NCBI GenBank assembly: GCA_963667015.2
Contig: CAXXJJ010000004.1
Location: 896,001-960,000, forward strand
DNA: 64,000 nt
Source: Desulfatiglandales bacterium
Lineage (GTDB): Bacteria; Desulfobacterota; DSM-4660; Desulfatiglandales; HGW-15
Reading direction: 5' to 3'
Each line of letters opens with the position of its first letter. Positions within the stretch are counted from its first letter, which is position 1. Under the pieces are notes generated by a model. It was not told the DNA's origin. It was given only the letters and a program-made list of their open reading frames with translations, and made no database searches. The translations under genes and the position numbers were made by a program. This document shows positions 7,968-18,771 of the stretch, one piece after another.

Positions 7968-10900
7968 AACTATAGGCATATAATTCAATAAACCATTTAA
8001 TTGGACTCTTCTTTTATCACATGCGAAGAAACAGCTGTCCCCTGTTTTGTTAAGTTATTGAAATCATCCACACTGATCGTTGTATCAGCATAAGCCTTAT
8101 CCATGAGTTCATGAGAGTCAACAACATCAAGATACATTTCAGCAATCCTGCCAAATACAGGGAATAAATATGTTCCGGTTTTAGACAGGAATCCATCTTG
8201 ATCCGATTTAGCTTTTCTTTCAAGGGCATCAAATCTTCCTCGAATAAAATTCGCTAAATCCGGGGCAAAACCTTCAACATGAGTCTGGGCTCCCTTTAGA
8301 GCTTTTATCCAGTCTGTAATAGGCATATATACTGCTGTTCCGTCTCTCTCTGTCCAGTCCAGATGATAGCCTGTAAGTTCTGACAGAGCAATATTACCGA
8401 ATATACCGGAACCACCTCCTCCACCTCCGCCTTCTCCGTCAGTCGAAGGTGGGTCGTCAGTAACAGGGGGATCGGCAGGATCATCCGGCTCAACAGGTGT
8501 TGATCCTAATCCTGAAGGATCTAATATGATTCCATTGGCTACACCATCGTTATCCCCTGTTCCTCCATCAGTGAGGGTAAGAGTGATCTGATCTCTTTCA
8601 ACATTAAAAGATGCATGGGAACTGTAATCAATCCACCCATCAGTTGAGCTGTATTTATACCACTTATAACCCTGCGGTGCCGGTGTGGGGAGATATATAG
8701 TTACGTTTACGGTTCCTCCTGTGACATCAGTCTGAAAAGTAAAATCCATCAACCCATATATCAGATTTTCAGGCCTGTTCCGAGTATCAGTTATCATGGA
8801 AGGGGCAATGATATCCAGGGCCACTACATCTCCACCCTCGACCATTGCAAATCCGGTATCCTCATTTGTGGATGTAGTAAATGTAGTAACATACTCCGGA
8901 AATCCCGTAATGCCGTTATCATTTACAGTTACTAAAACAGTATCTTCGGATGCAAGTCCTACATTATCGGTAACTGTTAATTTAAATGATAAGGTTATTC
9001 CTTCCTCACCTACAGGAGGAGTTACAAATGTTGGGAGAGCATCCGTATCATCGGATAAGGTAACTTCCGGATCTTCATCAATCTGTTCCCAGAAATAACT
9101 TGCTATTCCATCATCCGGATCGGAGGAATTGGAACCAAACAGCGTGACAGTTTCACCTTCAAATATATCTATTTGATCTTCTCCGGCATCAGCGACAGGA
9201 GAAATTCTATAATCACTGAGATCATCTGGATTGGTACCTTTTAAATATTCCTCAAAGTTACTCTGACCATCTCCATCAGTATCATCATCAGCATCATTTA
9301 CCAGTGGATTTAGCCCGAAGAATTCTTCCCAACTGTCAGGTAAACCATCTCCATCTGTGTCAACCGGATAAATATAATTACCGTTGTCTAATATAGATGA
9401 TTTTAACTCAACCGTATCATCCTCAGAGCTTTGTTGCTTCACAAAACCCAAATTAGGAACAAACCAACGATAATTACTTTCTTCTATATCAAGAGTTAAA
9501 TCTGTAGACGTCCCCCAGATATGTAAATAATAGTATACTTTATAAGCTTCATAAGTTTTAAATAAAAGGTCAATAGTTGTTTTTTCAATAAAATCAATCT
9601 TCAGACTGACATTGAATTCACTACCAAGAATCTCTGTTGTAGCGGATGAGTTAGCTCTATCATACAAGTCCATTGGAAAACATAGATATCTAAGGCCTTC
9701 TGAAAAGCGTAGATCATAATAATTACCATCATTTTCAATTGTTGTACCCCATAAGTAAACCTGATTACCGGCATCCTGCAACCATTCTTTCTTTATTACA
9801 GAATCGACTCCTTTTCTTTCTAAAACATATGTAGGTATTGAAAATGTATTCTGATCAATATATGTTATTTCTTTTTCAATTGAGACAATTCTATCTTGGT
9901 ATATCCCTCCATATTTCCATTTATTTCCTTGTTCCAGACCGAATAGATTCAGCAATTCTAATGAAGGAGGATTAGCAGGAAAATCAATGCTTTCAAAAAC
10001 CCCCATATCATATCCATATCCGATTGGCCGCTGAACACCAATGATATCAAAATCAATGATAAATTCCGGTGCATTGGAGAATAAACCCGTATCAATACAT
10101 TTCGAGTTAATATCAAGTTTGAAATTTCCATTTGCGGGATCAATAAACAAAGGATCAAAATTAATATTTCCATTTCCAGCATATCCACCTTTGATATTAC
10201 TGAAGGCTATGGATATATTTTTATTAGAATAATTCTTTATTTCATCAGGTGAGTTATTCCATATTATAGAATTAATAACACTGATTGGCATATCCAGATT
10301 AGTGTAGATACCGGCACCTTCGGAGGCAATATTCTGAGTAATAGTGCAATTTTGGATGAAGTCACTATTTCCGTTTTCATCAATATATCCATCATCGCTG
10401 CTTAATGTATCAAAATAAATACCTCCTCCATTGTAAGCACTGTTTTTTGAAATAATACTATTGACCATTACCAGATAATCTTCGGCATAAATACCTCCAC
10501 CGTATCCATTTTCAACACTATTCCCGCTGATTATACAATTGATTATTGTCGTATAGGTATTCCCGGCAACGTGCATGCCACCGCCCCGACCCGTAACATC
10601 CGCTTCGATTGTCTCAATATAGTTATCTATTATTTTGCAATTAATGATTGAGGCCTCAGAAACATGGCTGCAAAAGATGCCCCCTCCACTATTTTCACTA
10701 ATTATTGAATCAGTTATGATAGGCCACGAAAATGGCATTATAGATATACCACGCCCGTTGTTTCCCTGTATAATACAGTTGGTAATAGTTGGTCCAGACT
10801 CATCGATTTGTATTCCTGCTGCGTATTCACCACCTCTTTCATTATACCCGTTTATAATTTTAAAACCGGTCAAAACAGAGTCAGCATCTTCATAGTTAGA

Positions 10901-11885
10901 AAATATAAAACCAATACCTTCCTGTTCACAGTCAACAATTGTGTTTTCCGGCCCATTTTCAGATCGTACAGTAATCGCTTTGCCAAAGTATAAAATATTT
11001 TTATTCATTTCACCCGTATAAACACCATCACTGACTATCACTGTATCGCCATCGTATGCTGCATGTATGGCCGCCTGAATACTCGGGTAATCATCAGGGA
11101 CGTGAATTGCTCTCCGAATTAATGTGCTTTTTGAATGAGCTTCTTTTCCATTGTTATCAGATACCGTACAAACGGCATAAGATCTGCCACCGGAGTTGTA
11201 GGTATGAGAAAAAATGCCAGTAGTATTTGTTTCAATGTCACTTCCATCTCCATAATTAATAAAGTAGCTGGAAATAGTTCCGTCTACATCATGAGCAGTG
11301 CAGCTAAATGTAACTTCAAGCGGTCTATCTCCTTCAGTCACATCAGCATTAAAAGTGTCAATTATCGGCTGTGAAGAGTCATATACAGTTGCTTCAAATG
11401 CTCCCATATCATAGCCAGTGTTCAGAGGCCTTGTTGCACCATTAATATCATTATCTAGTGCAACGCTTGATGTACCTGTATCTATACAAGGAGAATTATG
11501 TTCTAAGGTAAAATTATCGCCTGCCGGATCGGTGAATAACGGATTCTGGGAAATATTGCCTTCTCCCGTATACCCTCCTTGGATATTACTGTAAAAAATT
11601 CTGGGACTAGAGTAATCACTACTTAGATTGTATATTTCATTTGGCCAATTTCCCCAAAGAATACAATTTGTAAAAATGGGTTCATATTCTGGGCCTGAAC
11701 TGCTTGAATAATGTTTAATTCCACCGCCTATACCTGATAAGCTTATGTTACCACTTAGGGATGACTCATAAATAAATTAACAGATTAAAGATGAACTATA
11801 CCATAAAGCTTGAAAGCGTCTGACATGGCGATAGATATATTACATTGTAATATTAGCAGGTTAAATATTGACAGGATTGAAAATA

Positions 11886-11937
11886 ATTTGATATAGTTCC
11901 CCCTATTATCAATTTAATAGGGGGAACTATATCAAAT
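11886..11937 (+). promoter_or_regulatory. Perfect 23-bp inverted repeat covering the transposase -10, RBS and start codon
   Basis: 11886-11908 pairs with 11915-11937; TTGACA at 11868-11873 and TATAGT at 11892-11897. Confidence 0.75.
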
Positions 11938-13647
11938 GTACGCTCAAAAACCTCGGTTAAACGAAGCCTTGGAATTCTTTAAAAGCAATAAAATCGGAAG
12001 GTTAGACAATCTAAAACATGCACTTCATACCAATAGTACAATGACTGTTTTTCGATCACTCAAAGAGCTTAACTATCTTTCAAGTTATTCTCACAGGGGA
12101 AAGTACTACACCTTGCAGAACATTCCAAAATTTGATGAACTTGGTTTATGGTCCTTTCAATCGGTGTGGTTTTCCCAATATGGCAATCTCGTTGAAACGG
12201 CAAAAGAGTTTGTGGAAAACTCAAACGCCGGCTATACAACTCACGAACTTGAAGATATCCTTCATGTTGAAACCAAACACCCCCTTCTGAGTCTTTATAA
12301 GCAAGGACGAATCAACCGAGAGAAATTCGGGGGATACTATGTGTATCTTTCCAGTGAAGTGCATGATAAAAAAAGGCAGATTGCAGTTCGTAAAACAGGC
12401 GCTGAAAAATTTGAGGTTGACCTCTCATATGAAATTAAACTGCTCTCTGAGGAGCTGAAAGCAGCGATAATATTGTTTTTCAGTCTATTAGATGAAAAGC
12501 AGCGACGACTGTATGCTGGTTTGGAATCCTATAAATTGGGACATGGCGGAGATAACCAAATCGCAAAATTATTGGGATTGGATGTTCATACTGTTTCCAA
12601 AGGGCGTAGAGAATTATTCAGCCAGGATATAAAAGTCGATCGTATCCGCGAGAAAGGAGCCGGCAGAAAACCTGTGGAAAAAAAATTCCGCAGGTCACCG
12701 AAAGGATAAGAAAGCTTTTGAAATACGAAACAGCAGGCCATCCAATAAGCGGACTGAAGTGGACACGAAAAACCACGGAAAAAATATCCAGTGAACTGGA
12801 GTCTATTGGAATTATTGTTTCCGCAAATACAGTATGCAGGCTTTTAAAACAAATGGGCTTTTCCTTGAAAGTGAATTGTAAAAAAATAGAATCCGGGATA
12901 AGCAATCCGCCGGACCCGAAAAAAAGAGACCAGCAATTTGGCTATATTGCCGATTTACGCGAAAAATTTACGAAACGACAACTTCCTGTTATCAGTGTTG
13001 ATACCAAGAAAAAAGAGTTGATTGGGAACTTTAAAAACTGGGGAGATTCCTGGCAGGAATCTCCCATTGAAGTTAAAGATCATGACTTCCCTAGTGATGC
13101 CAAAGGGAAAGCTATTCCATACGGTATCTATGATACACAAAAAAATATCGGTACAGTTTTTCTGGGTGTTACACGGGATACGCCCTCTTTTGCTGTTGAT
13201 TCCATTGAGACCTGGTGGAAGACCGAAGGGAAAGCCAATTATCCGGATGTCAAAGAGCTGCTTATACTGGCTGATTCGGGCGGTAGCAACAGCTGCCGAT
13301 CACGGGTGTGGAAATATAAAATCCAAAAAAATATTTGTAACCGGTATGGATTATCCATCAGAGTCAGCCACTATCCTCCCGGTTCGTCAAAATGGAACCC
13401 TATCGAACATAGACTGTTTTCAGAGGTCAGCAAAAACTGGGCTGGACGTCCGCTTGATTCGTATGAGACTGTGCTAAAATATATCCGTACTACAAAAACA
13501 TCTACAGGCCTCAAGGTGAAAGCACATTTTGTCAGAAAAAATTATAAAACAGGAGAGAAAGTTTCTAACAAACAAATGGATCAAATAGCCATCAAAAATG
13601 GCCTATTACCTGAGTGGAATTATATTTTACATCCAACTAAAATGTGA
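11936..13647 (+). CDS. ISAzo13-family DDE transposase, two ORFs joined by a probable -1 frameshift at an A8 run (12678-12685)
   Basis: LDEKQRRLYAG..GHGG, GAGRKP; TAGHP.S.LKWT, VISVDTKKKELIGNFKN, LLILADSGGSN, HYPPGSSKWNPIEHRLFS. Confidence 0.9.
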
Positions 13648-15908
13648 TTTTATTTTTGAGTCATCCCTTAGTGTACAGTTGAGAGCAGTATAAGCTCCTC
13701 CGTGTATCCCTCCCCCACTGCCTACAGTAACATTATTAGCGATAATGCAGTTTACTATCTTTGGTGCGACAGTATTATTATGACAGAATATCCCTCCTCC
13801 ACCAGCAACAGTGGGTTCTAAACCTTGAGCCAATGCGATATTTTTACTGATAACACATTTTGAAATAGTAGGCGTTCCTTCTAACAAATAGATACCGCCA
13901 CCATTACCCGACTTGTTTTCAGTAATAGTGCAGTTCTCAATTAATGCTGATCCATTACGTATATAAATACCACCACTTTCGTTATACTTTATAATACAAT
14001 TTTCAATGACAGGTGAAGAACTACAGAAAATCCCACCTCCACCAAAACTATACAGCAGATCTGGCAATCCTAGTGGAATACCATATAAAACAGTAAATCC
14101 GGACAAAATGGAATCAGAACCTTCTTTGTTGTTAAAAATAAATCCACGTCCAGCACGTTCGCAGTCTATAATTGTGTTATCTGGCCCATTTTGAGATTTA
14201 ACAGTGATAGCCTTTCCCTTAAAATCGATATTTCTATTTCCTTCTCCTCTATATATACCATCGGCAACAAGGATTGTTGTATTTGACTTGTCTGCCGCAG
14301 CATCAACAGCCTCCTGAATAGTAGTATAGTCAGATGGGACATTTATAACACCATTGTAGAGTGGACTTAAAGAGATGGAATTTACTGTTATTCCTGAATT
14401 GTCTGTTACAGTGCAAGTGGCATATACATCGGTTGAATAATAGGTATGTTCAAAAAGACCTGTTGTGTTTGTTTCTATAGGACTCCCATCTCCATAATCA
14501 ATCGTGTAGGAAATAATCTCACCATCAAGGTCTGTTGCTGTGCAGATAAATGATACTAGAACTGGAAAAGAAACAGAGTGGGGGGTAATTGCAAAAGACT
14601 CTATTTTGGGTCTAGTTGAAGCGTAGCCTGTTAATTCATATGCACCAACATCAATACCAACACCTTGGGGTCTTTGATTCCCTTCTATATCAATTTCAGG
14701 AGAACCTTCAGATGTTCCTCTATCAATACAAGGGGACTGAACTGACAGGTGAAAATCGTTGGATTCAGAATTAATGAACAGTGGGTCGCCATGAAAGTTT
14801 CCTTCACCATTGTACCCTCCTTCAATATTACAGAATTTAAATACGGGAATAAGCAGGGGAACATCTTCCCTAATAGAAATCTCATCCGTTGTGTTTCCCC
14901 ATATGATACTATTTGTAATGATTGGTTGAGAACTACCATAGTCGTTAAAATAAATACCGCCGCCGCTTGAGGAAGATGAGTTACCATAGATAGTGCAATT
15001 TGTTAATGTCCCTCCATCAAGATAAAGGCCTCCACCATACCCCCATCCTTTTAATGCATCACCAGTACTAATATTGTTTGCAACAATGCAATTAGTCATA
15101 AGTAAGCTGCTTTGACTTGCATACATTCCTCCGCCATTTTGTCCGATATTTTCATTTATTAGACAATTTTTAATATTTAAAGATGTTAAACGGAAAGAAA
15201 TACCTCCACCGGGCCCAACAGAATTATTCCTAACAATTGTGCAATTTAACAAATTTATTTTATAACCATATTTAGATCCACTACTAGCGATACCTCCTCC
15301 CCATCCATATTTGTCAGAGCTATTATCGCTGATAACACAATTGCTAACAGAGGATGAAGAGTCATGAAAATAAATTCCAGCACCATCACCTGTAGAGTAA
15401 CAATTTTTTATAATACAATTGGATATGGTCGGTGAAGCGTCCTCACAATATATTCCTCCACCATTGACTGTTGCCACTGCAAATATATCGGCTCTGGCAT
15501 TTCTGATAGTAAACCCATCTAATTTTGTCTCAGGACTTTCATTGTTTTGGAATAAGATACCTCTCCCTTGTTGCTGTGGATCGATTATGCAATTCAAAGG
15601 ACCATTTTGAGACTTGAGAACAATAGCCTTTCCTTTAAAATCAACATTGTAATTCCCCTCACCTGAATAGACTCCATCAGCGATGAGAACTGTATCCCCA
15701 TCAACTGCTGCGTCGATCGCGAACTGGATGTTAGGATAGCCTGAAGGAACATTCAGTGTTGCAGCATCAGCTTGGATTGGATGAAAACAAATTGTTAGAA
15801 TTAAGACAACTTGAGCAACCAGGCACCAGAGAATGTTTTTTCTTTCCATTCTTACTCCCAAAAGATTTGTTTTAGTCAGTCAGAGACAATGTAATGACAT
15901 TTAGTTTT

Positions 15909-17987
15909 TTATTCTACGACATGTAAAGAAACAGCAGCCCCCTGTTTTTCCAAGCTATCAAATTCCTTTACAGGAATGGTTGTTTTTATATATGCATTAT
16001 CCATTAACTCATGGGAATCAACTGCATACAGATAAATCTCGGCTACCTTACCAAGTACAGGGAACAGATATGTTCCGGTTTTAGACAGGAATCCGTCTTG
16101 ATCTGATTTAGTCTTCCTTTCAAGGGCATCAAAGTTTTCTCTAATGTAATTCGCTAATACCGGAGCAAAGCCTTCGACATGAGTCTGTGCCCCCTTTAGA
16201 GCCTTTATCCAGTCTGTTACAGGCATATATACTGCTGTTCCATCTTTTTCTTTCCAATCCAGATGATACCCTGTAAGCTCGGACAGATCGATATTACCGA
16301 ATATACCGGAACCACCGCCTCCACCGCCTCCGCCAGTCGCAGGAGGATCAGCAGGGTCACCAGTAGCAGGCGGATCAGAAGAGACTACATGATCACCAAT
16401 GGCAACAATTTGGAAACTTCCTATATTAGGATCATTTGTCATAAATTTGAAAACACCTTTATATTCAGCTTGCCCGGGGACATCATCGTTTGCATTTGGA
16501 TTAAATGTGAACTTAAACTCTCTTGACTCGCCGGCCTGTATAATTTCTTCAAAATTGTGATCCAGATAACTTGGCTCTGTTATTGAAAAAACAAATCCGG
16601 TTGTTGAGCTTGGACTTGATATTTCGTTATATGAAACATAGTGTTGTATCCACCGACCATATATATTTAGAGCAGATTCACCCTGGTTTGAAAAACTTAA
16701 AGTAACTGATTTTGAATTGTCATCTGCAACATCTCCAAAATCCAATTCGTATTTAACCGACTCTGTTATAACAGTTCCGTTTATGGCCAGCTCAGGGGCA
16801 TTATTAGAATCTCTTTGACTAAATATAATTGTCGGATCCCCAAAAAAGTGTCTGGGATGTCCTGGATCAATATAAGAGTAGAGGTCAGCAAAAGAAAATC
16901 CCAAACCAAGTCCATAATAATTTGTCCTAAATTTTTCCTCCAAGTTATCTGAAAAATAAAGCGTGACCTCAGGATTCGCAATTACCAGCAAAGTATCTCC
17001 GGAAAATAATGCCTCACCAGCAAAATAATTCGGTGTAGTGAAATGACCATTGCTGCATGAGTCTAAATCGATCAATTTAACATGGGATGACTTATCGGCC
17101 AGTTCAACACTTGAAACATCAACAGCAGTGCATACATTTATTTCATCGCACTCTTTAAACTCCAATATAGTAGGCGCACCATGATTGTTGACATTTAAAA
17201 TCTCATAATTGCTCTCAAATGCATCCCAAAATGAGTCTATCTGGTCATATACTCCTGTATCAAATGAAATTGTAAGGTCTTCAATTGAGAAAAGAGGATG
17301 GTCCATGAGGAGATCGGAAAATATATCGTTAAAATCATCATATGTATTTCCCTCTTCGGCAATCCCAATCGAGCTGTGATAAAACATCTCTTTATTAAAA
17401 TATGAACTGTCATTCCTGAGCAGGTGATTCTTATTTAAATAGGATCTGATCTGGTTAATACCGGCTTCACCTTCTCTTGACGGATAGACTCTGCTAAGCC
17501 ATATATCCGGCATGCAGGCGGGTATTATGCTGAAATTGCTTGCGGCTTCAAAAACTCCATCCGTATCTTCATCTGTATAGGGACATTCATAAGAGATATA
17601 AGGATGATCAGATAATTGCTCATCAGAACCTGGGTATTGTATATAAGCTGGCGTAATTCTGCCGATTAAAAAAGCTCCCCATAAATTATTACTGTTAAAT
17701 GCATTGGCTAATGTTTGGCGTATTTCTAAAGCAGTCTTATTTTCATCAGAAATGATGACCTGGCTTTGAGAATTTGTATCCTGGCTGACATCTGCAATAA
17801 ATTGAGTTATCTCAGTCTGCAAATCATCATAAATATCGGAGTCCACAAGATAATAAACAGTTTTTTCCTGGCAAACGGCTAAATCAGGTTGTAAAAACCA
17901 ATACCCAATAGCGATAAAAATAAAAGAAATAAATAATGGTGTAAGTGATAAACGAGTTTTAAGAAGTTCTTTGAGGCTAATAATCAT
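15909..17987 (-). CDS. Secreted C25 (gingipain-like) cysteine peptidase domain protein with Ig-like domain and shared C-terminal domain
   Basis: GAFLIG, SDHPY, PDIWLSR, NNHGAP (His), LDSCSNG (Cys), FFGDPT. Confidence 0.65.
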   Translation of the reverse strand: MIISLKELLKTRLSLTPLFISFIFIAIGYWFLQPDLAVCQEKTVYYLVDSDIYDDLQTEITQFIADVSQDTNSQSQVIISDENKTALEIRQTLANAFNSNNLWGAFLIGRITPAYIQYPGSDEQLSDHPYISYECPYTDEDTDGVFEAASNFSIIPACMPDIWLSRVYPSREGEAGINQIRSYLNKNHLLRNDSSYFNKEMFYHSSIGIAEEGNTYDDFNDIFSDLLMDHPLFSIEDLTISFDTGVYDQIDSFWDAFESNYEILNVNNHGAPTILEFKECDEINVCTAVDVSSVELADKSSHVKLIDLDSCSNGHFTTPNYFAGEALFSGDTLLVIANPEVTLYFSDNLEEKFRTNYYGLGLGFSFADLYSYIDPGHPRHFFGDPTIIFSQRDSNNAPELAINGTVITESVKYELDFGDVADDNSKSVTLSFSNQGESALNIYGRWIQHYVSYNEISSPSSTTGFVFSITEPSYLDHNFEEIIQAGESREFKFTFNPNANDDVPGQAEYKGVFKFMTNDPNIGSFQIVAIGDHVVSSDPPATGDPADPPATGGGGGGGGSGIFGNIDLSELTGYHLDWKEKDGTAVYMPVTDWIKALKGAQTHVEGFAPVLANYIRENFDALERKTKSDQDGFLSKTGTYLFPVLGKVAEIYLYAVDSHELMDNAYIKTTIPVKEFDSLEKQGAAVSLHVVE

Positions 17988-18550
17988 GACCGCTCCTGTA
18001 GAAATAATCAGCTCTAAAAATCAGAATTATAGGAAATTCAAGCTTGAAAAAATAAATAAAAAAACCAGTTTACTGAAACCTTAGAAAAGGCAGCAAACTG
18101 GGCTTTGTTTTTAATATAGGGGCATAATTCAAACACAGATTTAATCCAGCTTAAAAGGAACTCTCAACTGATAAATATAAAATTCTAGTTCGCGCAAAAG
18201 TTTTATAAGTTATTTTGCCCACTAACTTGAGGCATCGAATAGATTTCGTTGTATTTTAAGTAAAATTAAGATATTTTTAACTTTTCATTATTTCATATCA
18301 AACAGAAAAGCTGAACACTCCTATTAATGCTGGTACTGATATAAGTCAAGAATGAAATAAGTCACCTTTCATTTTAATAGCAATATGCTACTCAGATTCA
18401 CTTTTCTTTTTTTTACAGGGGCGTTTTTGTAACTTAAAAGCCAAAAAAGCAAAATTATTTTCCTATATTCAAATCCGTTATCATGAATTTTCCTTGACTT
18501 TTACACTGCCTTCAATATTCTTGGATTTTATTCATCTCTATCCATACTTC

Positions 18551-18696
18551 TATATCCATTCATAATTTATGGATGGAGCTTTCAGCAGTCAGCTATCAGC
18601 TGTCAATCAAGCCTTTGTTTTAAATTCCTTTTGCTGAAAGCTAAGCGCTGATGGCTGATCGCGGCCATCCAAAAACGACAGTTTTTGGATGTACAC
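18551..18696. repeat. Family A palindromic element, copy 2
   Basis: GGATGGAGCTTTCAGCAGTCAGCTATCAGC...GCTGATGGCTGATCGCGGC...TTTTTGGATGTACAC. Confidence 0.75.
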
Positions 18697-18771
18697 CAAT
18701 TAACAACCTCCCCTGCTGTTTCTGTTTAAACGGGGATTTCGAGTAGTTTTTTTCTTAAAAGGAGGTTTTAA

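Larger units (their letters stand above)
11758..13667 (+). mobile_element. ISAzo13-family insertion sequence (1910 bp), TSD TTA
   Basis: TIRs GGGATGACTCATAAATAAA / TTTATTTTTGAGTCATCCC; TTA at 11755-11757 and 13668-13670. Confidence 0.9.
7997..15849 (-). pseudogene. Giant secreted surface protein interrupted by an IS: three right-handed beta-helix modules, PKD domains, Ca-binding repeats, choice-of-anchor U-like domain, shared C-terminal domain
   Basis: Removing 11758-13670 rejoins YTALNCTL|SGNISLSGIGGGI in frame with ORF 7997-11407; signal peptide at 15849; three VP..Y..IQ.A..AA..GDT module starts. Confidence 0.9.
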
